Assembly (NCBI GenBank): GCA_039818205.1
Contig: JBCBUK010000017.1
Location: 19,227 to 83,226, forward strand
DNA from: Verrucomicrobiota bacterium
Lineage (GTDB): Bacteria > Verrucomicrobiota > Verrucomicrobiia > Opitutales > Cerasicoccaceae
Reading direction: 5' to 3'
Length of the DNA stretch: 64,000 nucleotides
Shown: in pieces, positions 18,585 through 28,256 of the stretch
Position numbering within the stretch: the first letter of the stretch is position 1
Layout of the letters: each line of letters begins with the position of its first letter
Translations under genes and position numbers: made by a program
The notes under the pieces: model-generated
What the model was told of the DNA's origin: nothing
The model's database searches: none
What the model saw: the letters and a program-made list of their open reading frames with translations, nothing else

Positions 18585-21161
18585 ATGAATCTGAAATTAT
18601 GCCTACCGGCATTTCTGCTGTTCATGGCTTCGGCCATTGCTGTAAATATTGAGTTTCGAGCGGACTCCCACCGCATCTACTGGGACTCAGTTTCGGACTA
18701 CACCTACGTGGTCGAGCGTTCGACCAATCTGATCGACTGGAATGCAATTAGCCCAGTCCGTGTTGGCGATGGAAGTTCCCAGAATGTGGACGCGTCTTTG
18801 CCAACGGAAGACAACGTCTTTTACCGATTGCTCAAGATACCACCGACGGCTATTCAGAGTCCAGTGGTGGACGACAGCAGCCCGGAATACCTTAGCTGGA
18901 TTGAAGAGAGTTCGGATGGATCATTGCGATTCGAGTTCTATGCGCTGCTTGATAGCACCAACTTTGCAGACGTGCATTACCGAGTTAATGGAGATAGTTG
19001 GCTGAACCTGCGGATGGACGGCGATTTACCAAGACTTCACTATCAGACTCCGGCGTTGTCGGAAGGCGATGAAGTGGATTTTTATTTCACATTTGATGAC
19101 GGCGGTCCCGTCGAAGATACGCCGACGCGTACCTATACAGTTGGTGCTGGTGGCAGCGGGAGCGATCCGGTGGATCCACCAACGGGATCCGAATACGAGG
19201 ACGTGCTGTTCACGCCCCGAACACCCTCAGATTACTCCCACGGTTTAACCTTTGCCAATGGGCAGGTGGATATCCGACTCAAAACCGGTGTCGACCCGGA
19301 GGAGATTATCGTGACCTATTCGATCAATGAGGGAAGCACGCCCGCTGGCAAAATGACGAAATCGGGTGACGAGTGGAGTTATCAAATTTCTGCTAGCGAA
19401 GGTGACACCCTGGAATACTGGTTTGAGTCGCGAACACCCGGGCACATCCGTAGCCCGCGCTTTGAGCGTGTCATCGGGTCTGCTCAGCCAGCCGACATCG
19501 AACCCGACGTCATCATTGCCGCAGGACGTTTTCGTGATCGGCATGAGAACGAATTGCGCTTCGATCCCTACGTGGATAACTACTTTGACCGCAGCTATTT
19601 TGGTTTGGTGCTGCTCGACTACGGAAACTCGATCGACGTTACTTTTGATCCAGCGGAGCCGATGAATTTTGTCGACATCAAGCTGTTTGACCAACTGACA
19701 ACCCCGCATGAAGAACGTGGTATCGATGTGCGTGCCGATTATGATGAAGCGCATCGCATGTTTGAGGTCGATGACAAGTTCTACTGGCGCGTGGAGCCCT
19801 TGGACCTGGGGCAGTTTGTCGATATGGAGTTTACGCTGCAGCGGACTCGAACCGGTCAGCAGTACTACACAGCAATCTTCCGCATGTTTCAAGGTGCGGG
19901 TGGTTTAACCCAACGGGTAACCGACCAAGAAGCCTACAGCGGTGGCATGACTACGGTCGACGTATACAGCGAGTTGCAGTACGGGTTTTCCCAGGCGGCG
20001 CACAACATTTCTCCAGACAATCTGCGGGACTTCCTGGCGGGAAAACGAATCTTCGACCAAGAGTTCACATCTGGCGACGGGCTAGGACCACTATACAATG
20101 CAACCTCATGCTTCTCCTGCCATGTGAACGACGGTTCGGCGGCACCTCCAGGTTCGTTTTCTGAGATGATGCAGGGTATGTTGGTGAAACTAGCTGAACC
20201 GACGGTGTCCGGTCAGATTCCGCACCCGGAATACGGCGTGCAACTGCAAGACCGAGCGATTGAGGGCGAGCACGCCGAAGGACGCGGACACGTGACTTAC
20301 AACGAGATTGCGGGACAATTTGACGATGGAACGAGCTATTCCTTGGCCGATCCGCAGTATTCATATTCGGGCTTACGAGGGCCGGGTTTCCTAACGGCTA
20401 TTCATTCGCCACGGGTTGCTCCGAAGCTCATTGGTATGGGATTGCTTGAAGCGATCCCAGAGACAACGCTCAATGCCTGGGCAGATCCGACTGATGCAAA
20501 CTTAGATGGCATTTCGGGCCGAGTGAACCAAGTGCCTAATCCTGAATCGGGTCTGACCGAAGCAGGTCGATTTGGCTGGAAGGCTTCCCAGAGTAGCACC
20601 CGTAATCAGGTGGCGATAGCGCTACGCGAAGATATGGGCATTAGTAACGTAGTTTATCCAGAGTCAGATGATTCAACCGAGCTCACCGAAACTGACTTTG
20701 AAGCAGCGGTCCATTACACCCAACTTCTGGGGCCGCCGCTTAGGCGAAACTGGGACGACAGTGATGTCTTAGCAGGAGAACAGCTCTTCACGACGCTCGA
20801 TTGTGTCAGCTGCCATAAGCCAAGTGTCACGACTGGAAACGATCATCCAATAGCCGAACTACGGAATCAGTTGATCCATCCTTACACCGACCTGTTGCTG
20901 CACGATATGGGAGACGGTTTAGCGGATGAGGTGTCCGAGGGAGATGCCGAGGGGCGTGAGTGGCGAACAGCTCCGCTGTGGGGGATTGGTCGAACGGAAG
21001 AGGTGAGCGGGCATACGCGTTTCCTTCACGATGGCCGAGCCCGCAACCTAGAGGAGGCGATCTTATGGCACGGAGGTGAAGCGGAGGCGTCTCGCGATGC
21101 CTACAAAGGCCTGACTGCCGACGAGCGTGCGCAGTTACTTAAATTTCTGGAGAGCCTCTAG
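18585..21161 (+). CDS. Secreted di-heme oxidoreductase (DHOR/DUF1111) family protein with N-terminal CBM56-like modules
   Basis: Signal peptide; GLGPLYNATSCFSCH, IGMGLLEAIP, GRFGWKA, CVSCH, PYTDLLLHDMG, WRTAPLWG, LHDGRAR. Confidence 0.9.
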   Translation: MNLKLCLPAFLLFMASAIAVNIEFRADSHRIYWDSVSDYTYVVERSTNLIDWNAISPVRVGDGSSQNVDASLPTEDNVFYRLLKIPPTAIQSPVVDDSSPEYLSWIEESSDGSLRFEFYALLDSTNFADVHYRVNGDSWLNLRMDGDLPRLHYQTPALSEGDEVDFYFTFDDGGPVEDTPTRTYTVGAGGSGSDPVDPPTGSEYEDVLFTPRTPSDYSHGLTFANGQVDIRLKTGVDPEEIIVTYSINEGSTPAGKMTKSGDEWSYQISASEGDTLEYWFESRTPGHIRSPRFERVIGSAQPADIEPDVIIAAGRFRDRHENELRFDPYVDNYFDRSYFGLVLLDYGNSIDVTFDPAEPMNFVDIKLFDQLTTPHEERGIDVRADYDEAHRMFEVDDKFYWRVEPLDLGQFVDMEFTLQRTRTGQQYYTAIFRMFQGAGGLTQRVTDQEAYSGGMTTVDVYSELQYGFSQAAHNISPDNLRDFLAGKRIFDQEFTSGDGLGPLYNATSCFSCHVNDGSAAPPGSFSEMMQGMLVKLAEPTVSGQIPHPEYGVQLQDRAIEGEHAEGRGHVTYNEIAGQFDDGTSYSLADPQYSYSGLRGPGFLTAIHSPRVAPKLIGMGLLEAIPETTLNAWADPTDANLDGISGRVNQVPNPESGLTEAGRFGWKASQSSTRNQVAIALREDMGISNVVYPESDDSTELTETDFEAAVHYTQLLGPPLRRNWDDSDVLAGEQLFTTLDCVSCHKPSVTTGNDHPIAELRNQLIHPYTDLLLHDMGDGLADEVSEGDAEGREWRTAPLWGIGRTEEVSGHTRFLHDGRARNLEEAILWHGGEAEASRDAYKGLTADERAQLLKFLESL

Positions 21162-21195
21162 TGGGATCTCCGAGACGAATAATCCTCCAAGCGCC

Positions 21196-22554
21196 TTAGC
21201 GCCGGGGGCCTCGACGAGGCACTCGGTTGCTGCTTTCCTCTGGCTCTGGCTGTGGTGCTTGCGGTGCCTGCGGCACGACCACTATTGAATTGTCGGGCAA
21301 TGGAGGAGTTTGCGGTGGTGAAATTGAAGCTGTAGCCGGTGGCTCCGCGGGTAGGGTTCGAAGAATCGGTTCAGGCTCAGGAGCCGGGGTGGGGGGCGTT
21401 TGGACGATTTCGGTTCGTGGGCTAATCGGCGTAACGGCTGGCGTTGCCAGCGGTAAGCGCTTTTGCTCTACGGGTATGGAACGCAAATACTGTTCCTGGG
21501 CCTGCCGCTTCATGGTTTCCAGTTCGTTGCGCATGGCTCCCAGTTCCGCGAGCGAATTGGCTAATTCATTGCGCAGTTTGGCGTTACTTGTCGATAGCTC
21601 GGAATTGTCTTTTGCGAGAAACTCTTGCCGCAATGTCATCTGAGAAATAGTGCCAGCGGAAAACTCTCGTGCGGAATGCGACTCCTCAAGCTCGCTGAGA
21701 AGCTCGGCGTTCGTTTGCTGAAGGGTTTCGATTGCCTCACCGGTTTCTAACGCTTCCTTTTCTTCGATCAGTTGGTTGTTTTGAAGTTCAAGGTTGGTGA
21801 TGGTGGTATTGCGGTCTCGAATGGTCGCCCGTGCGTTGGCCAGCTCCGCTTGTAGGGCGCCAATCGTCTGCTCTTTTTGCGAGAGCAGGTTGTCGAGCTC
21901 AAGAATCTGTTCTTCCAGTTTCTTGTAGTCTTGTTCAGGGGTGATCTCGCGTTCTAGATTGGCAAAAACGGTGACGGTGCCCGTGGCTTTCGCTTGCTCA
22001 CCGGTGTTGAGGTTGAAGAACGAAATTTGAAATGCGCCGCTCTCAAATGGTGGGGCGCTTTCAGCCAAATCGGCTGAGCTTAGCATTTCTCCGGCGTCAT
22101 CCGAGAGTTCTATAACCAGGTCGCTGATAATGTATTCACTGTCGCCCACTTCACCACCCGCCATTTGAAGCGAAAAGGTGATGCGATCATCCTTCTCGTT
22201 GTCCTCACCATTGACGACTTCGACGAAGCTGTCGCGGTCGGAAAGAAAAGCCTCGTAGTTGACCACGTAGTTGCGGTCGAGGGTGATTTCAGCAGCAGTG
22301 ATGGAGTCTCGATGGACAAATGTGGAGATGGACTCTCCTTCATCAAGATAGCGCGGTTTGATCGCAATTGTGCCTGACAGGACCTGAGGTGGGCCGATTT
22401 TCGAACGCAATGCGGGGTCCACGTAGTCGATATCGCCCTCAAAAACAAAGTCTGCGCCAAGGTTGACACCGATTTTTGCCGCATGATCACCATCTTGATC
22501 CTGTGCGAGGATCGGTGACGAAATCAACAAAGAGAGAATGAGTAGGCGTTTCAT
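21196..22554 (-). CDS. Hypothetical secreted protein: globular N-domain, coiled coil, Pro-rich tail
   Basis: 452-aa ORF with signal peptide, heptad region and a P/T/E-rich C-terminus. Confidence 0.75.
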   Translation of the reverse strand: MKRLLILSLLISSPILAQDQDGDHAAKIGVNLGADFVFEGDIDYVDPALRSKIGPPQVLSGTIAIKPRYLDEGESISTFVHRDSITAAEITLDRNYVVNYEAFLSDRDSFVEVVNGEDNEKDDRITFSLQMAGGEVGDSEYIISDLVIELSDDAGEMLSSADLAESAPPFESGAFQISFFNLNTGEQAKATGTVTVFANLEREITPEQDYKKLEEQILELDNLLSQKEQTIGALQAELANARATIRDRNTTITNLELQNNQLIEEKEALETGEAIETLQQTNAELLSELEESHSAREFSAGTISQMTLRQEFLAKDNSELSTSNAKLRNELANSLAELGAMRNELETMKRQAQEQYLRSIPVEQKRLPLATPAVTPISPRTEIVQTPPTPAPEPEPILRTLPAEPPATASISPPQTPPLPDNSIVVVPQAPQAPQPEPEESSNRVPRRGPRR

Positions 22555-22598
22555 GTCTAGATCGCGTAGGACACGATAAATGCCAAATGGTTCTCCTA

Positions 22599-22640
22599 GG
22601 AAAGCGTGAAGGTCAGAATTAACAACGCCTTCACGCTTCC
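22599..22640. terminator. Hairpin downstream of the Gfo/Idh/MocA gene
   Basis: AAGCGTGAAGG...CCTTCACGCTT inverted repeat; no clear U-tract. Confidence 0.45.
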
Positions 22641-22665
22641 AAGAGATATGGTGACGAGACCGAAA

Positions 22666-23826
22666 CTACAGTTTCGGGAACTTGGTCCACTTTTGTTTAG
22701 CGTTGGCGCTCTTGACCGCAGTCTCGATGAACGCCATGCCGTAAACGCCGTCGTCAACGGTTGGGAAATCGTAGCCCTTTTTACGCGGATACTTGCCTTT
22801 TACCTCGTCCATAATCGCTTGGGCGGCTCCAAGGTAAACATTTGCGAAGGCTTCAATGAATGCTTCCGGGTGACCGAATGGCAGACGGGAGTTTGCCTTC
22901 GTGATGTCACTCAAATAGTCGTTGCCGCGGCGCAGAACTTGGCGGGGCTTGTCTGGATACTTGATGATCAGGTCGTTCGGATACTCCTGGTGCCATTCAA
23001 TTGAGGCCTTGGTTCCGTAAACGCGGATGTTGATGTTGTTCTCCTCGCCGCCGGATACTTGGGAGGCATAAACGATTCCACGGGCACCGCCCTCGTAGTG
23101 AACGAGTAGGTTCCCGTCGTCTTCCAGCAATCGACCAGGAGCGAAGGTGGTGAAGTCAGCACAGAGTTCTTCGATTTCGAGGCCCGTAATGTAGCGGGCA
23201 AGGTTTTCGGCGTGGGTGCCAATATCGCCGATGCAGCACGAGGCGCCGGCTCGTTTCGGATCGGTGCGCCATGCCGCTTGCTTTTGATCTTCTTTTTCCA
23301 GCGCAGTCAACAACCAGCCTTGTGGATACTCCGCGACGATTTTCAAAATGTCGCCGATCTTGCCCTTCTTTACCCATTCACGGGCTTCCTTTACCATTGG
23401 ATAGCCAGTATAGTTGTGGGTTAGCGCGAAGACTTTGCCGGACTTGTCGACGATCTTCTTTAGTTGCTTTGCCTCTTTGAGGTCGAAGGTCATCGGCTTA
23501 TCGCAAATGACGTTGAACCCGGCTTCCAGGAAGCACTTCGCAACGGGGAAGTGCATGTGGTTCGGAGTGACAATTGAGACGAAGTCCAAACGCTGATCCT
23601 TGGGGAGAGCAGCCTCAGTCTTGGCCATCTCTTCGTAGGATGAGTAGGTGCGTTCAGGATCGACAAAGAAGTCTGCTCCGGAGAGCCGGGAGCGATCAGG
23701 GTCGCTGGAAAAGCAGCCAGCAACGAGTTCCATTTTGCCGTCCAAAGCGGCAGCCATTCGGTGGACGGCGCCAATAAAGGCATCACGACCACCACCAATC
23801 ATTCCGTAGCGGAGTTTTCGTTTCAT
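22666..23826 (-). CDS. Gfo/Idh/MocA family oxidoreductase
   Basis: GMIGGG...FIGAVHR, IVTPNHMH, ICDKP, GDIGTH, GHPEAFIEAFAN. Confidence 0.94.
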   Translation of the reverse strand: MKRKLRYGMIGGGRDAFIGAVHRMAAALDGKMELVAGCFSSDPDRSRLSGADFFVDPERTYSSYEEMAKTEAALPKDQRLDFVSIVTPNHMHFPVAKCFLEAGFNVICDKPMTFDLKEAKQLKKIVDKSGKVFALTHNYTGYPMVKEAREWVKKGKIGDILKIVAEYPQGWLLTALEKEDQKQAAWRTDPKRAGASCCIGDIGTHAENLARYITGLEIEELCADFTTFAPGRLLEDDGNLLVHYEGGARGIVYASQVSGGEENNINIRVYGTKASIEWHQEYPNDLIIKYPDKPRQVLRRGNDYLSDITKANSRLPFGHPEAFIEAFANVYLGAAQAIMDEVKGKYPRKKGYDFPTVDDGVYGMAFIETAVKSANAKQKWTKFPKL

Positions 23827-23926
23827 CACCCTTGTTTAAGCAGGGGTGGCCAGCATTTTAAAGCAAGAAGTTCGTTTTGGTAACGAACATTCTGATATCT
23901 ACAACGGAACTAGCCGCTAGCTGATC

Positions 23927-24583
23927 CTAGTCTTCGATTTGCCCAACCAGTTTGAGCAAGTCGATCGGATTTTCGCAGATATCGTATGGCTTCTCTTTGG
24001 CGATAGCTTCATATCGATTAAACCCCCAGGTCACGCCAACGGATCGCACCAGCGCTTTCTGGGCCGCCCGTACGTCTCGGGTCTCATCACCAACGTAGGC
24101 CATCGTGGAAGGGTCCAGCGTAAAGGTCTTCATGACCGAACGGAGATTCTTGGCCTTTCCGCCAAGCTTGGGCACGGTGCTGATAAAATCGAAAATTTGC
24201 AGGTCTTCCTTGGTCAAAAATGCCTCCACATTCACTTTCGCATTGGAAGTGAGGATTCCCAAGGTTGTGACCTTTGGGCGCAAGGTTCGCAAAACGTCTG
24301 GCATCCCCTCAATTGGTTTGATCTCGCTAATCCGCTTGCCGAATATTCGTCTGCCTTCGCGAATCATCGACGGAATCTTCATGCGTGGAATGTCGTAGGC
24401 ACGAATGAACTGCTTCGTGGTCATATTGCGAGCCTTCTCGAGCTCGTTGGGAGGGAGCTGTTTATAGCCGTAGACCGGGGCCAGGCGGTTAAAAAGACGC
24501 AAGGCTTCAGACAAGGTATCTGCAATTGTGCCGTCAAAATCGAAGACGAGACAGCTTGGAACGGGCTTCGGCGCGATTGGCAT
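23927..24583 (-). CDS. HAD-superfamily hydrolase (phosphoglycolate phosphatase-like); start uncertain
   Basis: FDFDGTIADT, ILTSN, YVGDETRD, VTWGFN. Confidence 0.9.
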   Translation of the reverse strand: MPIAPKPVPSCLVFDFDGTIADTLSEALRLFNRLAPVYGYKQLPPNELEKARNMTTKQFIRAYDIPRMKIPSMIREGRRIFGKRISEIKPIEGMPDVLRTLRPKVTTLGILTSNAKVNVEAFLTKEDLQIFDFISTVPKLGGKAKNLRSVMKTFTLDPSTMAYVGDETRDVRAAQKALVRSVGVTWGFNRYEAIAKEKPYDICENPIDLLKLVGQIED

Positions 24584-24737
24584 AGCGCGAGGTAGCATTA
24601 AGCTAAAGTTGACAATGGCAATGCGAATTATTGGGATGCGGCAAATGGCAGAAATTTTGTAATCAGTCTCAAATTTTGATGGATTGCCCAGATGGTAGAT
24701 TCTCATTTGTAATGAGTACAACTGCCGCGGAAAATGT

Positions 24738-25673
24738 ATGCCAGAATCGGACCCAATTGAAACGCCAAGGCCAGAACTCGAGCAGGTTCAGGCGTTTCTG
24801 CGTTGCCTTGAAAGCGAACGCCGCATGTCTCCCTATACGGTTCGAAACTACGGGCAAGCACTTCGGCGATTTGCAGAGGCTATGCGGGCGACGGAACGTT
24901 GGCAGGGTGACTGGTCGACACTGAAGACACTGTCGTTCCGCAGTTACCTGATTGACGCGCAAAAGACGCTATCGCGGCGAACGATCCACAATCACTTTTC
25001 GGCGCTGCGCACATTTTATCAGTGGATGCGAGAACACGAGACGGTCAGCGAAAATCCGATGTTGGGGCTTAACATGCCAAAGATGCCCAAGTCGCTCCCG
25101 AAATATCTAACCGAGAGTCAGATGAAGGCGCTTCTCAATGGCCCGATGCGCCTGTTGGACAACGAAGCTCTGGAGCCTGCCGCTGCGCTCCGGGATCGCC
25201 TGGTAATGGAGCTGCTCTATGGCGCTGGTCTTCGAGTTAGTGAGTTGGTGGCGTTGAATCATGGCTCAATTGACAGCTTGGGCGTCGCTCGGGTCGTCGG
25301 AAAGGGGAACAAGGAGCGTCTGTGTCCAATCGGCAAGGTTGCGTTGGCATGTTTGGATGAATATCGAAAGAAGTTTGCTCGGGCGACCGATCGCGCTGCT
25401 CCGATTCTTGTAAATGATAAGGGGAAACGAATTTCAGTAAGAAGTGTGCAGCTAATGCTTAAGCGTTACCTTGCTCTAGCCGATTTACCCATGGACTTAA
25501 GTCCTCACAAAATTCGACACAGCTACGCTACACACATGTTAAATCACGGAGCAGACCTCAGAATGGTTCAAGAATTGCTTGGTCACGCAAGCCTTTCAAC
25601 CACACAAATTTACACGCACGTCGGAGTCGCTCGACTCAAAGACGTTCATCAGCGGGCCCATCCTCGGGGTTAA
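24738..25673 (+). CDS. xerC: Tyrosine recombinase XerC
   Basis: SPYTVRNY, ELLYGAGLRVSEL, GKGNKER, PHKIRHSYATH, QELLGH, TTQIYTH, AHPR. Confidence 0.88.
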   Translation: MPESDPIETPRPELEQVQAFLRCLESERRMSPYTVRNYGQALRRFAEAMRATERWQGDWSTLKTLSFRSYLIDAQKTLSRRTIHNHFSALRTFYQWMREHETVSENPMLGLNMPKMPKSLPKYLTESQMKALLNGPMRLLDNEALEPAAALRDRLVMELLYGAGLRVSELVALNHGSIDSLGVARVVGKGNKERLCPIGKVALACLDEYRKKFARATDRAAPILVNDKGKRISVRSVQLMLKRYLALADLPMDLSPHKIRHSYATHMLNHGADLRMVQELLGHASLSTTQIYTHVGVARLKDVHQRAHPRG

Positions 25674-25805
25674 TCACCGAGTTTTTGTGGATTTTTGTTC
25701 GCTAAAAGGCTCACTGTCAGTTGTTTCGGAAGCGCGTTAATTTTTTTCTTTTCAGTAATTTTACATTGTACTATTATGGATGTTCCCCTGAGGCTTTGTT
25801 ACTCA

Positions 25806-26714
25806 ATGTGTGATTCTTCTTTATCGTTGGCGCTGGCGAAAGTTGTTGCTGTCGCCGCTTGGGCGGATGGCGTTGTCCAGCCGGAGGAACGGGATTGTTT
25901 AAAGGATCTCTTGTATCAGCTGCCCGAACTACACCGTAAAGATTGGCGTAAAGTTGAGGATCTCCTGGATCATGAAATTTCGCCGGAAGCGCGTCGATAT
26001 TACCTGGCCGAGCTTGCTGACCAACTGACGGATGGATCGTCAACCCAATTTGCGCTCTATGCATTGGAGCGAATGATTCAGGCCGATGGAGTCGTGACTT
26101 ATGAGGAATATCGCCTACTGGAGGAGTTTTTAGATCAGATTCGCGAACGGTCGGCTCATGCGTTGCCGTTGGTTTCGAGGATTCTCGATCGGCCGATCCG
26201 CAGGCGGTTGCAGGCAGCGGGTCACTCTGAATGCGATTTTGCTCCGGTTGATGAAGTGGTGCAAAATCGAGTCGAGGATTGGAAAGTTGGGATGGTTGGG
26301 CTTGAGCATCGCTCCGACCATGAGCTGCGCCGCCTGTGCCTCGCTGGAATCCTGATTGCCCGGGTGATACACGCGGACGGTAAGATCGACGAGCGCGAGC
26401 TAGCAACCGCCATAGATTTTCTAACTCGTTGTTGGCACCTGAAGCGCGAACAAGCGGAGTTCGTCATGATCGTGTCACTTTCCGATGAGTTCAGCGTTTT
26501 GGATGCCCTCAGGATAAGCCGGTGGCTATTTGAGGTCACCGATTTGCGTGAGCGCCGTATTTTCCTGGAGTTACTGTTTGAGCTCGCCGCAGTCGATTCG
26601 AAGATCGATCAACGCGAAATTGATGAGATTATGCAAATCTGCGCAAACCTGCGATTGGAACATCTCGATTTTCAACGCGGCCTAGAGCGTATTGTGGAAG
26701 AAGAGGCGGGCTAG
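25806..26714 (+). CDS. TerB-family protein with two TerB-like domains; start uncertain
   Basis: AAWADGVVQPEE / IQADGVVTYEE and IHADGKIDERE / AAVDSKIDQRE. Confidence 0.8.
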   Translation: MCDSSLSLALAKVVAVAAWADGVVQPEERDCLKDLLYQLPELHRKDWRKVEDLLDHEISPEARRYYLAELADQLTDGSSTQFALYALERMIQADGVVTYEEYRLLEEFLDQIRERSAHALPLVSRILDRPIRRRLQAAGHSECDFAPVDEVVQNRVEDWKVGMVGLEHRSDHELRRLCLAGILIARVIHADGKIDERELATAIDFLTRCWHLKREQAEFVMIVSLSDEFSVLDALRISRWLFEVTDLRERRIFLELLFELAAVDSKIDQREIDEIMQICANLRLEHLDFQRGLERIVEEEAG

Positions 26715-27373
26715 GGGCCCATCGGATTGCTGCTGGTATCGATTTGCTCGAGTTTCCTAAGGTCGTGTATGGGGCTGAAATCCGTTATCTGATTCTCGTG
26801 GCAAAACAACACGTGGAGTTGCTCAAGACTACGGAGAGGTTCCAGTGAGGAAACTTGATTGTCCCAACAGTAGAGCTCTTGGAGATTCGGACAGTTTTCA
26901 ACACCGTCGAGGGATCGAAGGCCGTTGTCTGTTAAATTCAGGGAAATGAGCTTTGGCATTAGTTTCAGCTCTGCGACTGACTCTATCTTATTTTTGTAGA
27001 GATTTAGTTCAACTAGCTGAGTTAGGCCGGCGATGCTTCCAAGCTTACAGAGGCGATTTCCCTGCAGTTTGAGTGTCTTCAGGCTTTCGAGAGCACCGAA
27101 AGAGGAGCTGTCCGAGATATCGTTGAATGAAAGGTCGAGATGTTTAAGTAGACCGTGTTCCGCTAAGCCTGTGATGGATCGGATTTCAAATCCGACAATT
27201 CGCAGTTTTTGAAGGTTGGGGAAGCGTTTCAAGCCTTCCAAGTCCACGAGCTCAATCGTTGATTCCGGCCGAGAACGGTTAAAATCGCTGATTAGTTCAA
27301 GTGAATTCAGTTCTTCGGGTACTTCGCCTTGCTGCTCGATTAGCTGAACAACTTGATCCCAAGGCCCGTTCAT
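26711..27373 (-). CDS. Leucine-rich repeat protein (internalin/SDS22-like)
   Basis: About 7 repeats of LxxLxLxxNxIxxLxxL; stop overlaps the TerB gene stop (CTAG). Confidence 0.88.
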   Translation of the reverse strand: MNGPWDQVVQLIEQQGEVPEELNSLELISDFNRSRPESTIELVDLEGLKRFPNLQKLRIVGFEIRSITGLAEHGLLKHLDLSFNDISDSSSFGALESLKTLKLQGNRLCKLGSIAGLTQLVELNLYKNKIESVAELKLMPKLISLNLTDNGLRSLDGVENCPNLQELYCWDNQVSSLEPLRSLEQLHVLFCHENQITDFSPIHDLRKLEQIDTSSNPMGP

Positions 27374-28086
27374 TTCGTAATCGGGCGCATGCCGACTTCG
27401 CTGGGGTCGATTTTTTCGGCGTCGGAAGTGTTGTCAAACTTGCCCGCAATGATCTGAGTTGGGTTGTAGGCGTATTTGCGAAATTTACCCTTTCCATAGA
27501 CGATGACGTCTACCCAGCCAGAGTTGTAGAGCACGGTGACGTGGTTGTCGACGTGGCGCCACACGCCCGTTTCACCAAACACGCCCTCGGGTCCGTTGGG
27601 GTAGGTGGTGCGCGCCGTGCCATCAGGCTTAATCTGAACGTAGAAGTCTTCGCTGCTTTCGTCTTGCAGCTTCCAAACACCGATAAAATTGCTGATGTTG
27701 ACTTCCTCAAACAGCTTGCGACCTTCGACTTTGTTCGCCGAAGATGTATTTGAAGGCTCCGCGCTAAGCGCAGTGTTCGGGCTGAAACCATGCTTGGTGA
27801 AAGTTCCATCATCGTTGTCTTTGATGGTGTCGCACCATCCGCTATCGTATAGCACAGTGGTGATGCCGTCTCCGCGGTGCCAGTAACCGCGCTCGCCCAG
27901 AAAGCCGGTGTCACCTTTACTGTAATTCGTCCGCGCAAAGTTGCCCTCTTCGAGCGCGATTAGGAATTTGCCACCTTCACCATCGCCGACTTCCCAAATC
28001 TCAGGGAGCTCGATTTCAGCGTCTGTCGACGCAAAGCTCGTGCAGAGAGCGAGAAGGGAAAGGCAAATTAAGATGGGATACTTCAT
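27370..28086 (-). CDS. Hypothetical secreted protein with an internal two-fold repeat
   Basis: Signal peptide; two copies of ART.Y..G..G..GE.G.W......TVLY.SGW.D.I. Confidence 0.8.
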   Translation of the reverse strand: MKYPILICLSLLALCTSFASTDAEIELPEIWEVGDGEGGKFLIALEEGNFARTNYSKGDTGFLGERGYWHRGDGITTVLYDSGWCDTIKDNDDGTFTKHGFSPNTALSAEPSNTSSANKVEGRKLFEEVNISNFIGVWKLQDESSEDFYVQIKPDGTARTTYPNGPEGVFGETGVWRHVDNHVTVLYNSGWVDVIVYGKGKFRKYAYNPTQIIAGKFDNTSDAEKIDPSEVGMRPITK

Positions 28087-28256
28087 TGTAAAATAGTGTG
28101 GATGTTTGAGACGACAATTTAGGATGTATAGTCAGGCTAATCCTAAGTTCGAAAGCTGGGGCAGATCAAGCGTGGGATACTCCGGAGAATCGACTTCAAG
28201 GCCCATATTCTGCCTGAACAAATAGAGGATCGGTTAGAAGCTTGCGTTGGCAACGC

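Noticed and set aside
24738..25673. Prophage or island integrase
   Set aside because: Size and motifs match housekeeping XerC; no att sites or phage genes nearby.
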